A DNA stretch of 13,706 bases, taken from NCBI GenBank assembly GCA_003166335.1, contig PMWA01000108.1:1-13706 (forward strand). Direction: 5' to 3'. The stretch comes from Methanobacterium sp. (lineage in GTDB: Archaea > Methanobacteriota > Methanobacteria > Methanobacteriales > Methanobacteriaceae). Made by a program: the position numbers and the translations under genes. Below the pieces are notes generated by a model. It saw only the letters and a program-made list of their open reading frames with translations, made no database searches and was not told where the DNA came from. Position 1 is the first letter of the stretch, and the number at the start of each line of letters is the position of its first letter. Positions 1 through 8,203 of this stretch are shown here, in pieces.

Positions 1-339
1 ATTTTGATTAACATAACTTTTTAGAATTTTTTTTTATGGATATTCTGAAAACCGTTTTACACTTTTTTTTATCTAAATTGAGATAATATAAAACACTTCT
101 CACTTAGGAATTTTTTTATTAGAAATATTTGTTCCCGTCAAATTTGTGAAGTTTTTACCGCAATTATTACATGAAATAACGTCTTACTGAAGTTTTAACG
201 AATAAACTTTTTTTTAACTTTACACGAACGATATTCAGGGACAATAAACATCTCCAGGCCATCTAATACATTTAAAAATCTTTAAAACTTATCATCATCA
301 GGCACTAACAATTAACCCTAAATCCTCCTTTTCATACAT
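1..339 (-). pseudogene. Degenerate IS1595-family-like transposase, N-terminal Zn-ribbon region; continues off the left edge
   Basis: Manual minus-strand translation from ATG at 339, across several frameshifts and stops: MYEKEDLGL..LVPDDD..KIFKCIRWPGDVYCP (RWPGDVYCP at 264-238)..E(Y)RSCKVKK..SVRRY..CNNCGKNFTNLTGT (171-130) NISNKKIP*EVFYIIS..KKSVKRFSE. The RW..vyCP..C / RY.C..C.K.F...TGT pattern is the IS1595-type zinc-ribbon signature. Confidence 0.75.
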
Positions 340-388
340 TATAATATGAAACTCGACTCAAAATTTGTACATATTAACAAGCATGAGC
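1..388 (-). mobile_element. IS remnant (left end plus decayed transposase); candidate terminal inverted repeat at 371-388
   Basis: Transposase remnant above. ATATTAACAAGCATGAGC (371-388; minus strand GCTCATGCTTGTTAATAT) lies 32-49 nt upstream of the transposase ATG, where a left end is expected. The partner end is outside the window, so the repeat is unverified. Confidence 0.45.
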
Positions 389-400
389 GTTAAATTAATA

Positions 401-411
401 ATATATATAAT
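401..411 (+). promoter_or_regulatory. Possible archaeal TATA box for the 435 ORF (leaderless or short-leader transcript)
   Basis: ATATATATAAT about 25-34 nt upstream of ATG 435, with no Shine-Dalgarno in front of the ATG. The very AT-rich context weakens the call. Confidence 0.3.
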
Positions 412-434
412 TGAAGAGTTATATAAATTAAATC

Positions 435-671
435 ATGATATCCACAGTAACAACTACAATTACTACGGTTACTATCTCTGAGTTAATGACTTTTTTAAGC
501 ATAATCGCAGTTATATCATTGATAATTTTCCTTGCAATCAAGGAAATACTCAGATCAGAAATAGAAAATAAAAAAGTTAAATCCTTCTTGAAAGGAGTAA
601 ACATTGCTATAATACCTTTATTATTAATATTTATTGCAATAGTAGGATCAAAAATATTAAAAATACTATGA
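435..671 (+). CDS. Small membrane protein, Thr-rich N-terminus plus two predicted TM helices
   Basis: 78 aa: MISTVTTTITTVTIS, hydrophobic helix FLSIIAVISLIIFLAI, basic loop KEILRSEIENKKVKSFLK, second helix AIIPLLLIFIAIVG. Protein-like architecture and a clean ATG to TGA frame. Confidence 0.75.
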   Translation: MISTVTTTITTVTISELMTFLSIIAVISLIIFLAIKEILRSEIENKKVKSFLKGVNIAIIPLLLIFIAIVGSKILKIL

Positions 672-1381
672 AAACTTAAACAATCTCGTGTTTAACCATA
701 ACAGGCAGTAATTTACCGGTAACACTTAGTCCATGCTGGTGAAATTTTAAGATGACTCTAACTTTTTATTTTTTTTCTTATTTTAGTATGATTCTGTCAC
801 AAATTTTTTTTTGATTAAAACTCATTGAAGATTAAACATCTACCCTATTAACATTGAATGATTAAATAGATAATACGTGCGTTCAATGCAGAATACCTCT
901 TATTATCATACACTGGAATACGTAGCATATAAATCCACCTTAACCACACCAAAAATATTAATTTATTTGAATAAAATTTTTTATACATAGGATTTGCACT
1001 TTTATATAAATGCTGGTTTATAATCTTTCATGAATAGCTTCATGAGCATATATTACAATTAACCCTCTAATTCTTGTTATCTAGATTTTCTTACAATCTT
1101 ATTAAAAAATTTTATTCTTAATAACATAAAAATTTTAATCATTTGTTAACATATAGTAACAAAACATTAAGATGATTTATATAAGACTAAAACAGAATAT
1201 TTAGACATTCAAAGTTGGCAAAAAACATAATTTAAGTCTTCATAATACATTATCAACTATTATCCCAATTGGAAATGATAAATTCTTTAATGTCATCATT
1301 TACGAGAGAAAGTAATATAAAAATATATTAAGAAATCATCTTATTTATCATATGAATTTTAACTAATCTTAGGTTATATCC

Positions 1382-2809
1382 ATGAGTAAAGCGAGGAGAA
1401 TAGCTAAAAACACCGGAGTATTATTCGTTGCACAAGTTATTACATATCTCCTCAGTTTTTTCATAACAATTTACACTGCCCGATATTTAGGGGTTGAAGG
1501 ATTTGGTATTTTATCTTTAGCCCTTTCATTAACCTTAATTTTTAATGTTTTCACAGATCTAGGGTTGAGTACACTTGCTGTTAGAGAAGTTGCAAGAGTT
1601 AAATCCCTAACAAAAAAATATCTTGGAAATTTTGCAGTGATGAAACTGTTCTTAGCATTTTTAACATTTGGATTAATCACCATAACAGTTAATTTAATAG
1701 GTTACTCGAAAGAAGTGGACATTGTAATATATTTAATCACCATTTCGGTGATATTAACATCATTTTCAGGAATATTCAATTCAATTTTCCAAGCACATGA
1801 ACAAATGGAATATCAAGCCTTATCCAGTATAATTAACAGTTTTTTACTGTTAATAGGTATTTTAATTGCTATATATTTCCATTTAAGTATAATAATATTC
1901 GCGGCAGTTTATATTATCGCTAGTATAGCTACTCTAATATATTGTGTAATAATATATCTATGGAAATTTTCTTTACCCAAATTTGAGATAGACCCTCACT
2001 TTTGGAAGTTAACATTAATTGCAGCACTACCTCTATCTGTATCTGCATTGTTTAGTGTTATAGGTTTTAACATTGATACAGTTCTACTTTCAATATTGAA
2101 AGGAAATATTGCTGTTGGGGTTTACACCGCACCATACAAATTAATGACAGCATTAATATTTATACCTGCAGTTTTCACATCTGCAATTTATCCTGTATTA
2201 TCAAATTTTTATGTAAGCTCAAAGGAGTCTCTATCAATATCCTATAAAAAATCGTTTAAATATTTAATAATCCTAAGTTTACCAATTGCAGTTGGTACAA
2301 CATTACTTTCCAACAAGATCATATTAATCATTTACGGATCACCATTCGCACCATCCATAATTGTGCTCCAAATCTTGATTTGGACAATTCCACTAATATT
2401 TTTATCATACTTCTCTGGAACACTCCTTGCATCAATAAATAAACAAAATTTACTCTTCAAATTAACAGGCATTGGTATGATTATAAATATAATACTAAAC
2501 CTGATATTCATACCCAAGTTTAGTTATGTGGCAGCATCAATTATAACAGTAATAACAGAATTATTTGCTGTAGTAATCTCTATTCATTACTTATCTCAAT
2601 TTGTATGCAATATTAACCTAAAAAAATTAATATGGAAACCTACAATAGCAAGTATCATAATGGGTTTATTAATAATACTTTGTATTAACCTAAATTTATT
2701 AGTCATAATATTAATCTCAACTGTAGTGTACTTCACCATTTTAATTATTCTCAAAACATTTACAAGTGATGAAATCTATTTAGTCAAAAAAATTATTGGC
2801 AAGGAATAA
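1382..2809 (+). CDS. Wzx/RfbX-like oligosaccharide flippase (MOP superfamily)
   Basis: 475 aa, hydrophobic throughout; N-terminal [34 protein letters not shown] and mid-protein [17 protein letters not shown] motifs typical of polysaccharide flippases. Confidence 0.93.
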   Translation: MSKARRIAKNTGVLFVAQVITYLLSFFITIYTARYLGVEGFGILSLALSLTLIFNVFTDLGLSTLAVREVARVKSLTKKYLGNFAVMKLFLAFLTFGLITITVNLIGYSKEVDIVIYLITISVILTSFSGIFNSIFQAHEQMEYQALSSIINSFLLLIGILIAIYFHLSIIIFAAVYIIASIATLIYCVIIYLWKFSLPKFEIDPHFWKLTLIAALPLSVSALFSVIGFNIDTVLLSILKGNIAVGVYTAPYKLMTALIFIPAVFTSAIYPVLSNFYVSSKESLSISYKKSFKYLIILSLPIAVGTTLLSNKIILIIYGSPFAPSIIVLQILIWTIPLIFLSYFSGTLLASINKQNLLFKLTGIGMIINIILNLIFIPKFSYVAASIITVITELFAVVISIHYLSQFVCNINLKKLIWKPTIASIIMGLLIILCINLNLLVIILISTVVYFTILIILKTFTSDEIYLVKKIIGKE

Positions 2810-2812
2810 AAA

Positions 2813-3583
2813 ATGAAAATAAACTATTTAAAAATATATTTTAACAGAATTAGATATGGATATTATTACAATAATTACTTAGAGAAAAAAAAGAATAAAA
2901 AAATTCTACAAAAGATTCGCTTACAAAAAACTGCCAAAATTAAAGAACCGTTAGTTTCCGTTTTGATCCCCACCTATAACCGGAGCAAATTATTAACTGA
3001 ACGCTCATTATCCTCAGTATTAAGGCAAACTTATCAAAACATTGAGATCATAATAGTGGGAGACCATTGTACAGATGATACTGAAAAAAAAATAAAAGAA
3101 TTTAAAGACAAAAGAATAAAATTTTATAACCTCCCCAAAAGAGGAAAATATCCAAATAATCCCAATAACAGATGGATGGTAGGAGGTTCAATACCTGCAA
3201 ATAAAGCTATCGAAATATCGTGGGGGGAGTGGATAGCTCCATTAGACGATGATGACGAGTTTTCAGATGATCATATAGAAACATTATTAAAATTCGCATT
3301 AGAAAATGACCACGAACTGGTATATGGAAAAGTGGAAAGGGAAATTGAACCGAACCACTGGGAAGTATTAGGATCTTATCCTCTACAGAATGGTGAAATT
3401 TCTCGTATTTCAGTTTTATACAGTTCAAAATTGAAATTTATTAAATATAATACCGACTCATGGAAATATGGTGAACCCTCAGATTGGAATAAATGGAGGA
3501 GAATGGGAGAGGCTGGTGCGAAAATAGGTTTTATTGACAAAATTGTGGGAAAACATTATCTTGAACGTCAACAAAGAGAATGA
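2813..3583 (+). CDS. Family 2 glycosyltransferase (GT-A)
   Basis: PLVSVLIPTYNR, SVLRQTYQNIEIIIVGDHCTD and the DxD region GEWIAPLDDDDEF. Starts 3 nt after the flippase stop, so operonic. Confidence 0.92.
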   Translation: MKINYLKIYFNRIRYGYYYNNYLEKKKNKKILQKIRLQKTAKIKEPLVSVLIPTYNRSKLLTERSLSSVLRQTYQNIEIIIVGDHCTDDTEKKIKEFKDKRIKFYNLPKRGKYPNNPNNRWMVGGSIPANKAIEISWGEWIAPLDDDDEFSDDHIETLLKFALENDHELVYGKVEREIEPNHWEVLGSYPLQNGEISRISVLYSSKLKFIKYNTDSWKYGEPSDWNKWRRMGEAGAKIGFIDKIVGKHYLERQQRE

Positions 3584-3622
3584 AATTTTTTTTTCAAAAA
3601 TTGATTTTCAGAAGGTTTTATT

Positions 3623-4921
3623 ATGATTAAAGGGTTAAAAAAGAATGTATTAATTTTTCCAGGTGGTACTGAAATTGGTTTAGAAATACGGAATTCTTTA
3701 AAGGATATTAAGGAGATAAATTTATATTCAGCTGGTAGCGACGTTTCAAATCATGCATCTTATGTTTTCAAAAATCATTCCATAGTTCCTGATATTAATA
3801 TAAAAGGTTGGATCGGAGCTCTAAACAAAATTTTAAACAAATATGCTATAGACTACATATTTCCAGCTCATGATGATATAATTGTCGCCTTAGCTTCTAA
3901 TTCAGATCGAATAGATGCAAAGATTATTTCATCACCACTTTCAACCTGCTTATTAACAAGATCTAAAACTGAAACTTATAATAAATTCAAAGATTTAATT
4001 CCTACTCCTAAAACTTTTAATAAAATTAAAGAAATAGATTCATTTCCTGTTTTTGTAAAACCTGACAAAGGACAGGGTTCTCAAAATTCTTTTAAAATAA
4101 ATGATTCTGAACTACTTAAAGCATTATTGAAAAGTAATCATGAATACATCATATTGGAATATCTTAATGGTAAAGAATATACTGTAGACTGTTTTACAGA
4201 TAGAAATAAAGGATTACTATTTTGTGGTGGAAGAGAAAGAATTCGCACTAAAAGTGGAATATCCATGGATAGCAAACCAGTAGATCCTAAGATAAATAAA
4301 ATTTTCCGGTATTATGCAAACATAATTTCACAGGAATTAGAAATCCATGGAGCTTGGTTTTTTCAGCTTAAATTAGACTCATCAGGGATTTTCACATTAC
4401 TTGAAATAGCTCCTAGAATTAGTGGCACTATGGCAACCCACAGAGTTTTAGGCATTAACTTCCCATTATTAAGTATATACGAAAAAGAGGGTCTTAACAT
4501 AGACCTTATGATTAACAATTATCATTTGCAGATAGACCGGGCTTTAGTTAATAGATACAAGCATGATATAAAGTATAAAACTGTTTATGTTGATCTAGAT
4601 GATACTTTAATATTAAATGACAGAATAAACACCGAGCTTATCAAATTTTTATATCAATCTTTAAATAAGGATTGCAAACTTATATTAATCACTAAATCTG
4701 TGAATATCACCGAAAATTATCTAAAAAAATGGCGTTTAGCAAATTTATTCGATGAAATAATCTTTCTTAATAATGAGGATTCAAAGGCGGATCATGTTGA
4801 TCCTGAAAATTCAATATTTATTGATGATAGTTTTAGCGAGCGAAAATCTGTTTTTGATAAACATAAAATACCAACTTTTGATTGTAGCATGTTAGAGTTA
4901 TTAATAGATAGTAAGGTTTGA
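3623..4921 (+). CDS. ATP-grasp amide-ligase-like protein fused to a C-terminal HAD-superfamily domain
   Basis: ATP-grasp motifs FPVFVKPDKGQGS, EYLNGKEYTVD and LLEIAPRISG. C-terminal HAD motif I YVDLDDTL (DLDDT at 4592-4606), motif II LILIT, Lys in SKADH, motif IV FIDDSFSER (4817-4843). Confidence 0.85.
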   Translation: MIKGLKKNVLIFPGGTEIGLEIRNSLKDIKEINLYSAGSDVSNHASYVFKNHSIVPDINIKGWIGALNKILNKYAIDYIFPAHDDIIVALASNSDRIDAKIISSPLSTCLLTRSKTETYNKFKDLIPTPKTFNKIKEIDSFPVFVKPDKGQGSQNSFKINDSELLKALLKSNHEYIILEYLNGKEYTVDCFTDRNKGLLFCGGRERIRTKSGISMDSKPVDPKINKIFRYYANIISQELEIHGAWFFQLKLDSSGIFTLLEIAPRISGTMATHRVLGINFPLLSIYEKEGLNIDLMINNYHLQIDRALVNRYKHDIKYKTVYVDLDDTLILNDRINTELIKFLYQSLNKDCKLILITKSVNITENYLKKWRLANLFDEIIFLNNEDSKADHVDPENSIFIDDSFSERKSVFDKHKIPTFDCSMLELLIDSKV

Positions 4922-5611
4922 ATGAAACCGAAATATTATATTTAAGGAATTGATAAAGAATTTACCAAAAAATAATGGGATAGTATCAATTAAAAAATGG
5001 AATCAATTTTATAATTAGAAGAAAATATTTATCTATATGCAAAATTAATTTGTATATAAAATTAAAAACAGTTCTAACTCAAAAAAATTTAAGAATACAT
5101 AAGAATATAAAAAATGGTACCATAATCGCTCGAAATCTAAGTTTGTTTAAATGATAAAACTGATCTTATATTAGACATCACGAAAAGTTTGCTATTCAAT
5201 GATAAAACTGTGGATTTTATCTATAATTAACATTTCTTAGAACATTTTACATCTAAAGAAGGCGAAAATGCAGTAAAAGAATTTTATAGAACCTTAAAGA
5301 ATGATGGTGTTTTGAGAATAGCTACACCTGACTTTGATTATGTCATAAAAATATAATAACGATGGAAAAATCAAGATTGGTTATCATGGCCCGAATATGA
5401 ATTTATAGAGACCCGTGGACAAATGATAAACAGTTATTTCAGAGATTGGGACATAAATATTTGTATAATGAAGAAGATCTAAAATGTATTATTAAAAAAA
5501 GTTGTATTCCAAGAAATTCGAAGACAAGAATGGAATAAAAGTATTTATTCGGATTTATCTGGAAGAGAAACCAGAATGGACTCAAAACTAATTTTAGAAG
5601 CTGAAAAATAA
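4922..5611 (+). pseudogene. Class I SAM-dependent methyltransferase pseudogene (COG4627-like, glycan-cluster type)
   Basis: ATG directly after the upstream stop. From 5150: NDKTDLILDITKSLLFNDKTVDFIYN*HFLEHF (TAA 5228-5230 where Glu is expected)..KEFYRTLKNDGVLRIATPDFDY..**RWKNQDWL..MINSYFRDW / frameshift / GHKYLYNEEDL / frameshift / ..ETRMDSKLILEAEK* (TAA 5609-5611). The 5' part is heavily degraded. Confidence 0.85.
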
Positions 5612-5622
5612 GTAATTAATTA

Positions 5623-6783
5623 TTAGTTACTCATTAATTCTTTTATCCTATTTGTAATTTTATCAACAACATTCTCTCCAAGATCAGGATATAAAGGAAG
5701 ACATAACACTCTATCAGAAATGTCTGAAGCTACTTTCAAATCATATTTTTGAACCAAATTTTGTCCTCTTTGTTTGAAATAATCGTAATTCACAGTTAGA
5801 GGATAAAAATATTTTCGGGAGTAAATATTGTCTTTTATAAGCTCTGAGTATATTTTATCTCTCACTTTGATATTCTCAAAACATACAGGCATATATGAAT
5901 AATTATATTTTGATGCTATCAATTTCTGGAATTTTATATTATCAAAGCTAGCCAAATTCTCTTTATAATGATCATAAAGCTCTTTTCTTTGTTTTAGCTT
6001 GTCTTCAATGATTTTAATATTACAAAGACCCATTGCTGCTTGGAATTCATTCATTTTGGCATTCGTACCGGGCAAAAGTACCTCTTCTTCAGATTTAATT
6101 CCATGATTTCTTAATAATTTTAATTTTTCAAGAATTTTTTCATCTTGCGCTGTTATAGCTCCCCCCTCTACAGTATTAAAAACTTTTGTTGCATGGAAAC
6201 TTAATGTTGATATGTCACCATAGTTAAGCACTGATTTTTTTTTGTATTCAACTCCAAAGGAATGTGCAGAATCATATATTAATTTTATATCATTTTCAAT
6301 GGATATTTCTTGTAACTCTTCAACATAGCATGGATTTCCATAAACATGCACCGCTAGTATTGCAGATGTTTCATCAGTTATTTTCTTTTCCACATCGGAT
6401 GGATAAATATTAAATGTTTCAGAGTCTATATCTGCAAAAACTGGATTTAAACCTTCCCAAATTAAGGCATTCGTAGTAGCAGAAAATGTGAAAGGGGTAG
6501 TAATAACATCTCCTTTGATATTCAAAGCCTTCAAAGCCATATGAATTGCCAAAGTACCATTAGAAACTACAATTACATTTCTTAATTTAAGATGTTCTTT
6601 CAATTTAATTTCAAACAATCTTAAAAATTCACCATCATTTGTTAACCACTCATTCTTCCATATTTCTTTCAAATATTTAATATAATCCTCTATTTCGGGA
6701 ATATCTGGTTTAGTAACATTTATTGTATCTGTAACTTTATATTCATCTTTATCGGGAATATTTAATTTGATATTTTCTGCCAT
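5623..6783 (-). CDS. DegT/DnrJ/EryC1/StrS PLP-dependent nucleotide-sugar aminotransferase, VioA-like (dTDP-4-amino-4,6-dideoxyhexose type)
   Basis: NGTLA, TTPFTFSAT, VHVYGNPC, YDSAHSFG, SFHATKVFNTVEGGA (PLP Lys), GTNAKMNEFQAAMGL, RKYFYP, LCLPLYP. GGAGA RBS on the minus strand at 6792-6788. Confidence 0.93.
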   Translation of the reverse strand: MAENIKLNIPDKDEYKVTDTINVTKPDIPEIEDYIKYLKEIWKNEWLTNDGEFLRLFEIKLKEHLKLRNVIVVSNGTLAIHMALKALNIKGDVITTPFTFSATTNALIWEGLNPVFADIDSETFNIYPSDVEKKITDETSAILAVHVYGNPCYVEELQEISIENDIKLIYDSAHSFGVEYKKKSVLNYGDISTLSFHATKVFNTVEGGAITAQDEKILEKLKLLRNHGIKSEEEVLLPGTNAKMNEFQAAMGLCNIKIIEDKLKQRKELYDHYKENLASFDNIKFQKLIASKYNYSYMPVCFENIKVRDKIYSELIKDNIYSRKYFYPLTVNYDYFKQRGQNLVQKYDLKVASDISDRVLCLPLYPDLGENVVDKITNRIKELMSN

Positions 6784-7120
6784 TTGTTCTCCAATTTATG
6801 TATTTAAATTTGTCAAATTAATGAAATTCAAAATTTCAATTCCATATTAATGTAGAAAATTAAAATTAATTCGATTATTATATAATATTTTTAGAATATT
6901 TAATGATAATCAACTAAGACGATGTTATAATGTTGATATATTATTATTAATGATGTGATTATATAATCATTACATAAAATTATTAAAAGTCAATACATTT
7001 TTATTTATATTTATAAAGAGAATGCAATACTAGTCACGCTCTTATAGGTGTATTTGAATTTAGGTAAAATAAGTAATTAATTATAATTGATTTTGATAAT
7101 CTTGCCTTTTATATAGCAGC

Positions 7121-7419
7121 GATCAAAATGAAAATATAACCATAATAATACTTAATTGGAATGGTTGGCAAGATACTTTTAATGCTTAGAATCAATATAT
7201 CAAATAGATTATCCTAATTATGATGTTATTGTTATTGATAATGGCTTAGAAGATGAATCTTTAAAAAAGATAAGAGAATATTGTGATGGAAAATTTAAGA
7301 TTTATTCTAAATTTTTTGAATATGACACTAAAAATAAACTGATAAAATATTTGAATTTTTTAAAGAAAAATTTCCCAATATTTAAAATATTTATAAATAG
7401 TACAATTTTGTATAGTTAA
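7121..7419 (+). pseudogene. Truncated, frameshifted GT2 glycosyltransferase fragment (N-terminus only)
   Basis: ITIIILNWNGWQDTF / frameshift near 7180 / CLESIYQIDYPNYDVIVIDNGLEDESLKKIREYCDGKFKIYSKFFEYDTKNK. Similarity is lost after about 7355, stop at 7417-7419, no DxD region. Confidence 0.85.
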
Positions 7420-7459
7420 ATTAAGTTATACAAAATTTTATGATATTATAATAAGGTGT

Positions 7460-8017
7460 ATTAATTCATCTCAGAAAAAGAAAAGTATTGATTTTAAGGA
7501 TAAATTAAGGAAAATTTTCGATCAACAAACTGAGAAATTTGATTCTTGTTATGTAGTGAAATATTCTAAGGAAACTTATAATTCTGCACTTCAAATTAGA
7601 CCAATATCCATTTAGAAATCTATTAGACGTCCGTTACGGTACAGGAATCCTACTATCCATCATTTCATCAAAATATAACGCTTAACTCACCGGTATTTAT
7701 CTTTCATCTAATATGCTGAAGATTGCCAACAATAAACTAGGTGAAGAGGTAGCATTAAGATTAGGTGATTCAGAAGATTTAACTTTTTATGATGATAATT
7801 TTGATATAATTATATACGTGAATTATTTTCATCACTATAACCACCAGAAAATGTTTTAACTGAAATTAAAAGAGTTCTCAAGTCAAAAGGAAGAACTATA
7901 AACACAGATATGTGGATATCTACTCCATTAAGGCAAATTGCTAACACAATCCTAGCCATTACGGGTATTGGTGATTATGATTTCTATTCAAAACATGTTA
8001 TCCATAAACCAGTATAG
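7460..8017 (+). pseudogene. Class I SAM-dependent methyltransferase pseudogene (UbiE/Methyltransf_11-like); boundaries approximate
   Basis: ..FDQQTEKFD.. / frameshift near 7593 / LLDVRYGTG (degenerate LDVGCGTG), in-frame TAA 7683-7685, LTGIYLSSNML, GDSEDLTF.DDNFDII, FHHY / frameshift near 7840 / PENVLTEIKRVLKSKG..GDYDFYS..TAG 8015-8017. No intact start codon found. Confidence 0.85.
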
Positions 8018-8203
8018 AACACTCAAAACTATTATCTTAAAGATTGATGGAGCAAAAAAATGAGTGATATTAAATGAAATTAGTCCTTAACATTAGAAAT
8101 AATGGGAATTTCGAGTTTTATGGAATAAAAATTTGATTGATAGTATAAATTCTCATAAATAATACTAAAATAAAATCATGAAGTTAAATTTGGATTGATT
8201 AAA

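Noticed and set aside
1471..1683. 70-aa minus-strand ORF
   Set aside because: Antisense shadow within the flippase; no motifs.
2332..2517. 61-aa minus-strand ORF
   Set aside because: Antisense shadow within the flippase.
3207..3428. 73-aa minus-strand ORF
   Set aside because: Antisense to the well-supported GT2; no recognisable features.
3623..4921. Annotation as carbamoyl-phosphate synthase large subunit or PylC
   Set aside because: Single ATP-grasp domain, far shorter than CarB, with a HAD tail and no car or pyl genes nearby; the context is glycan synthesis.
5150..5210. 13-bp direct repeat AATGATAAAACTG (5150-5162 and 5198-5210)
   Set aside because: Only two copies, both in frame (NDKT) within methyltransferase-like sequence whose spacer is itself homologous coding sequence; not a CRISPR or target-site duplication.
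4922..8017. Stop-codon readthrough (Sec/Pyl) or programmed frameshifting to rescue the broken ORFs
   Set aside because: Internal stops in the conserved parts are mostly TAA and come with several frameshifts and motif-destroying substitutions.
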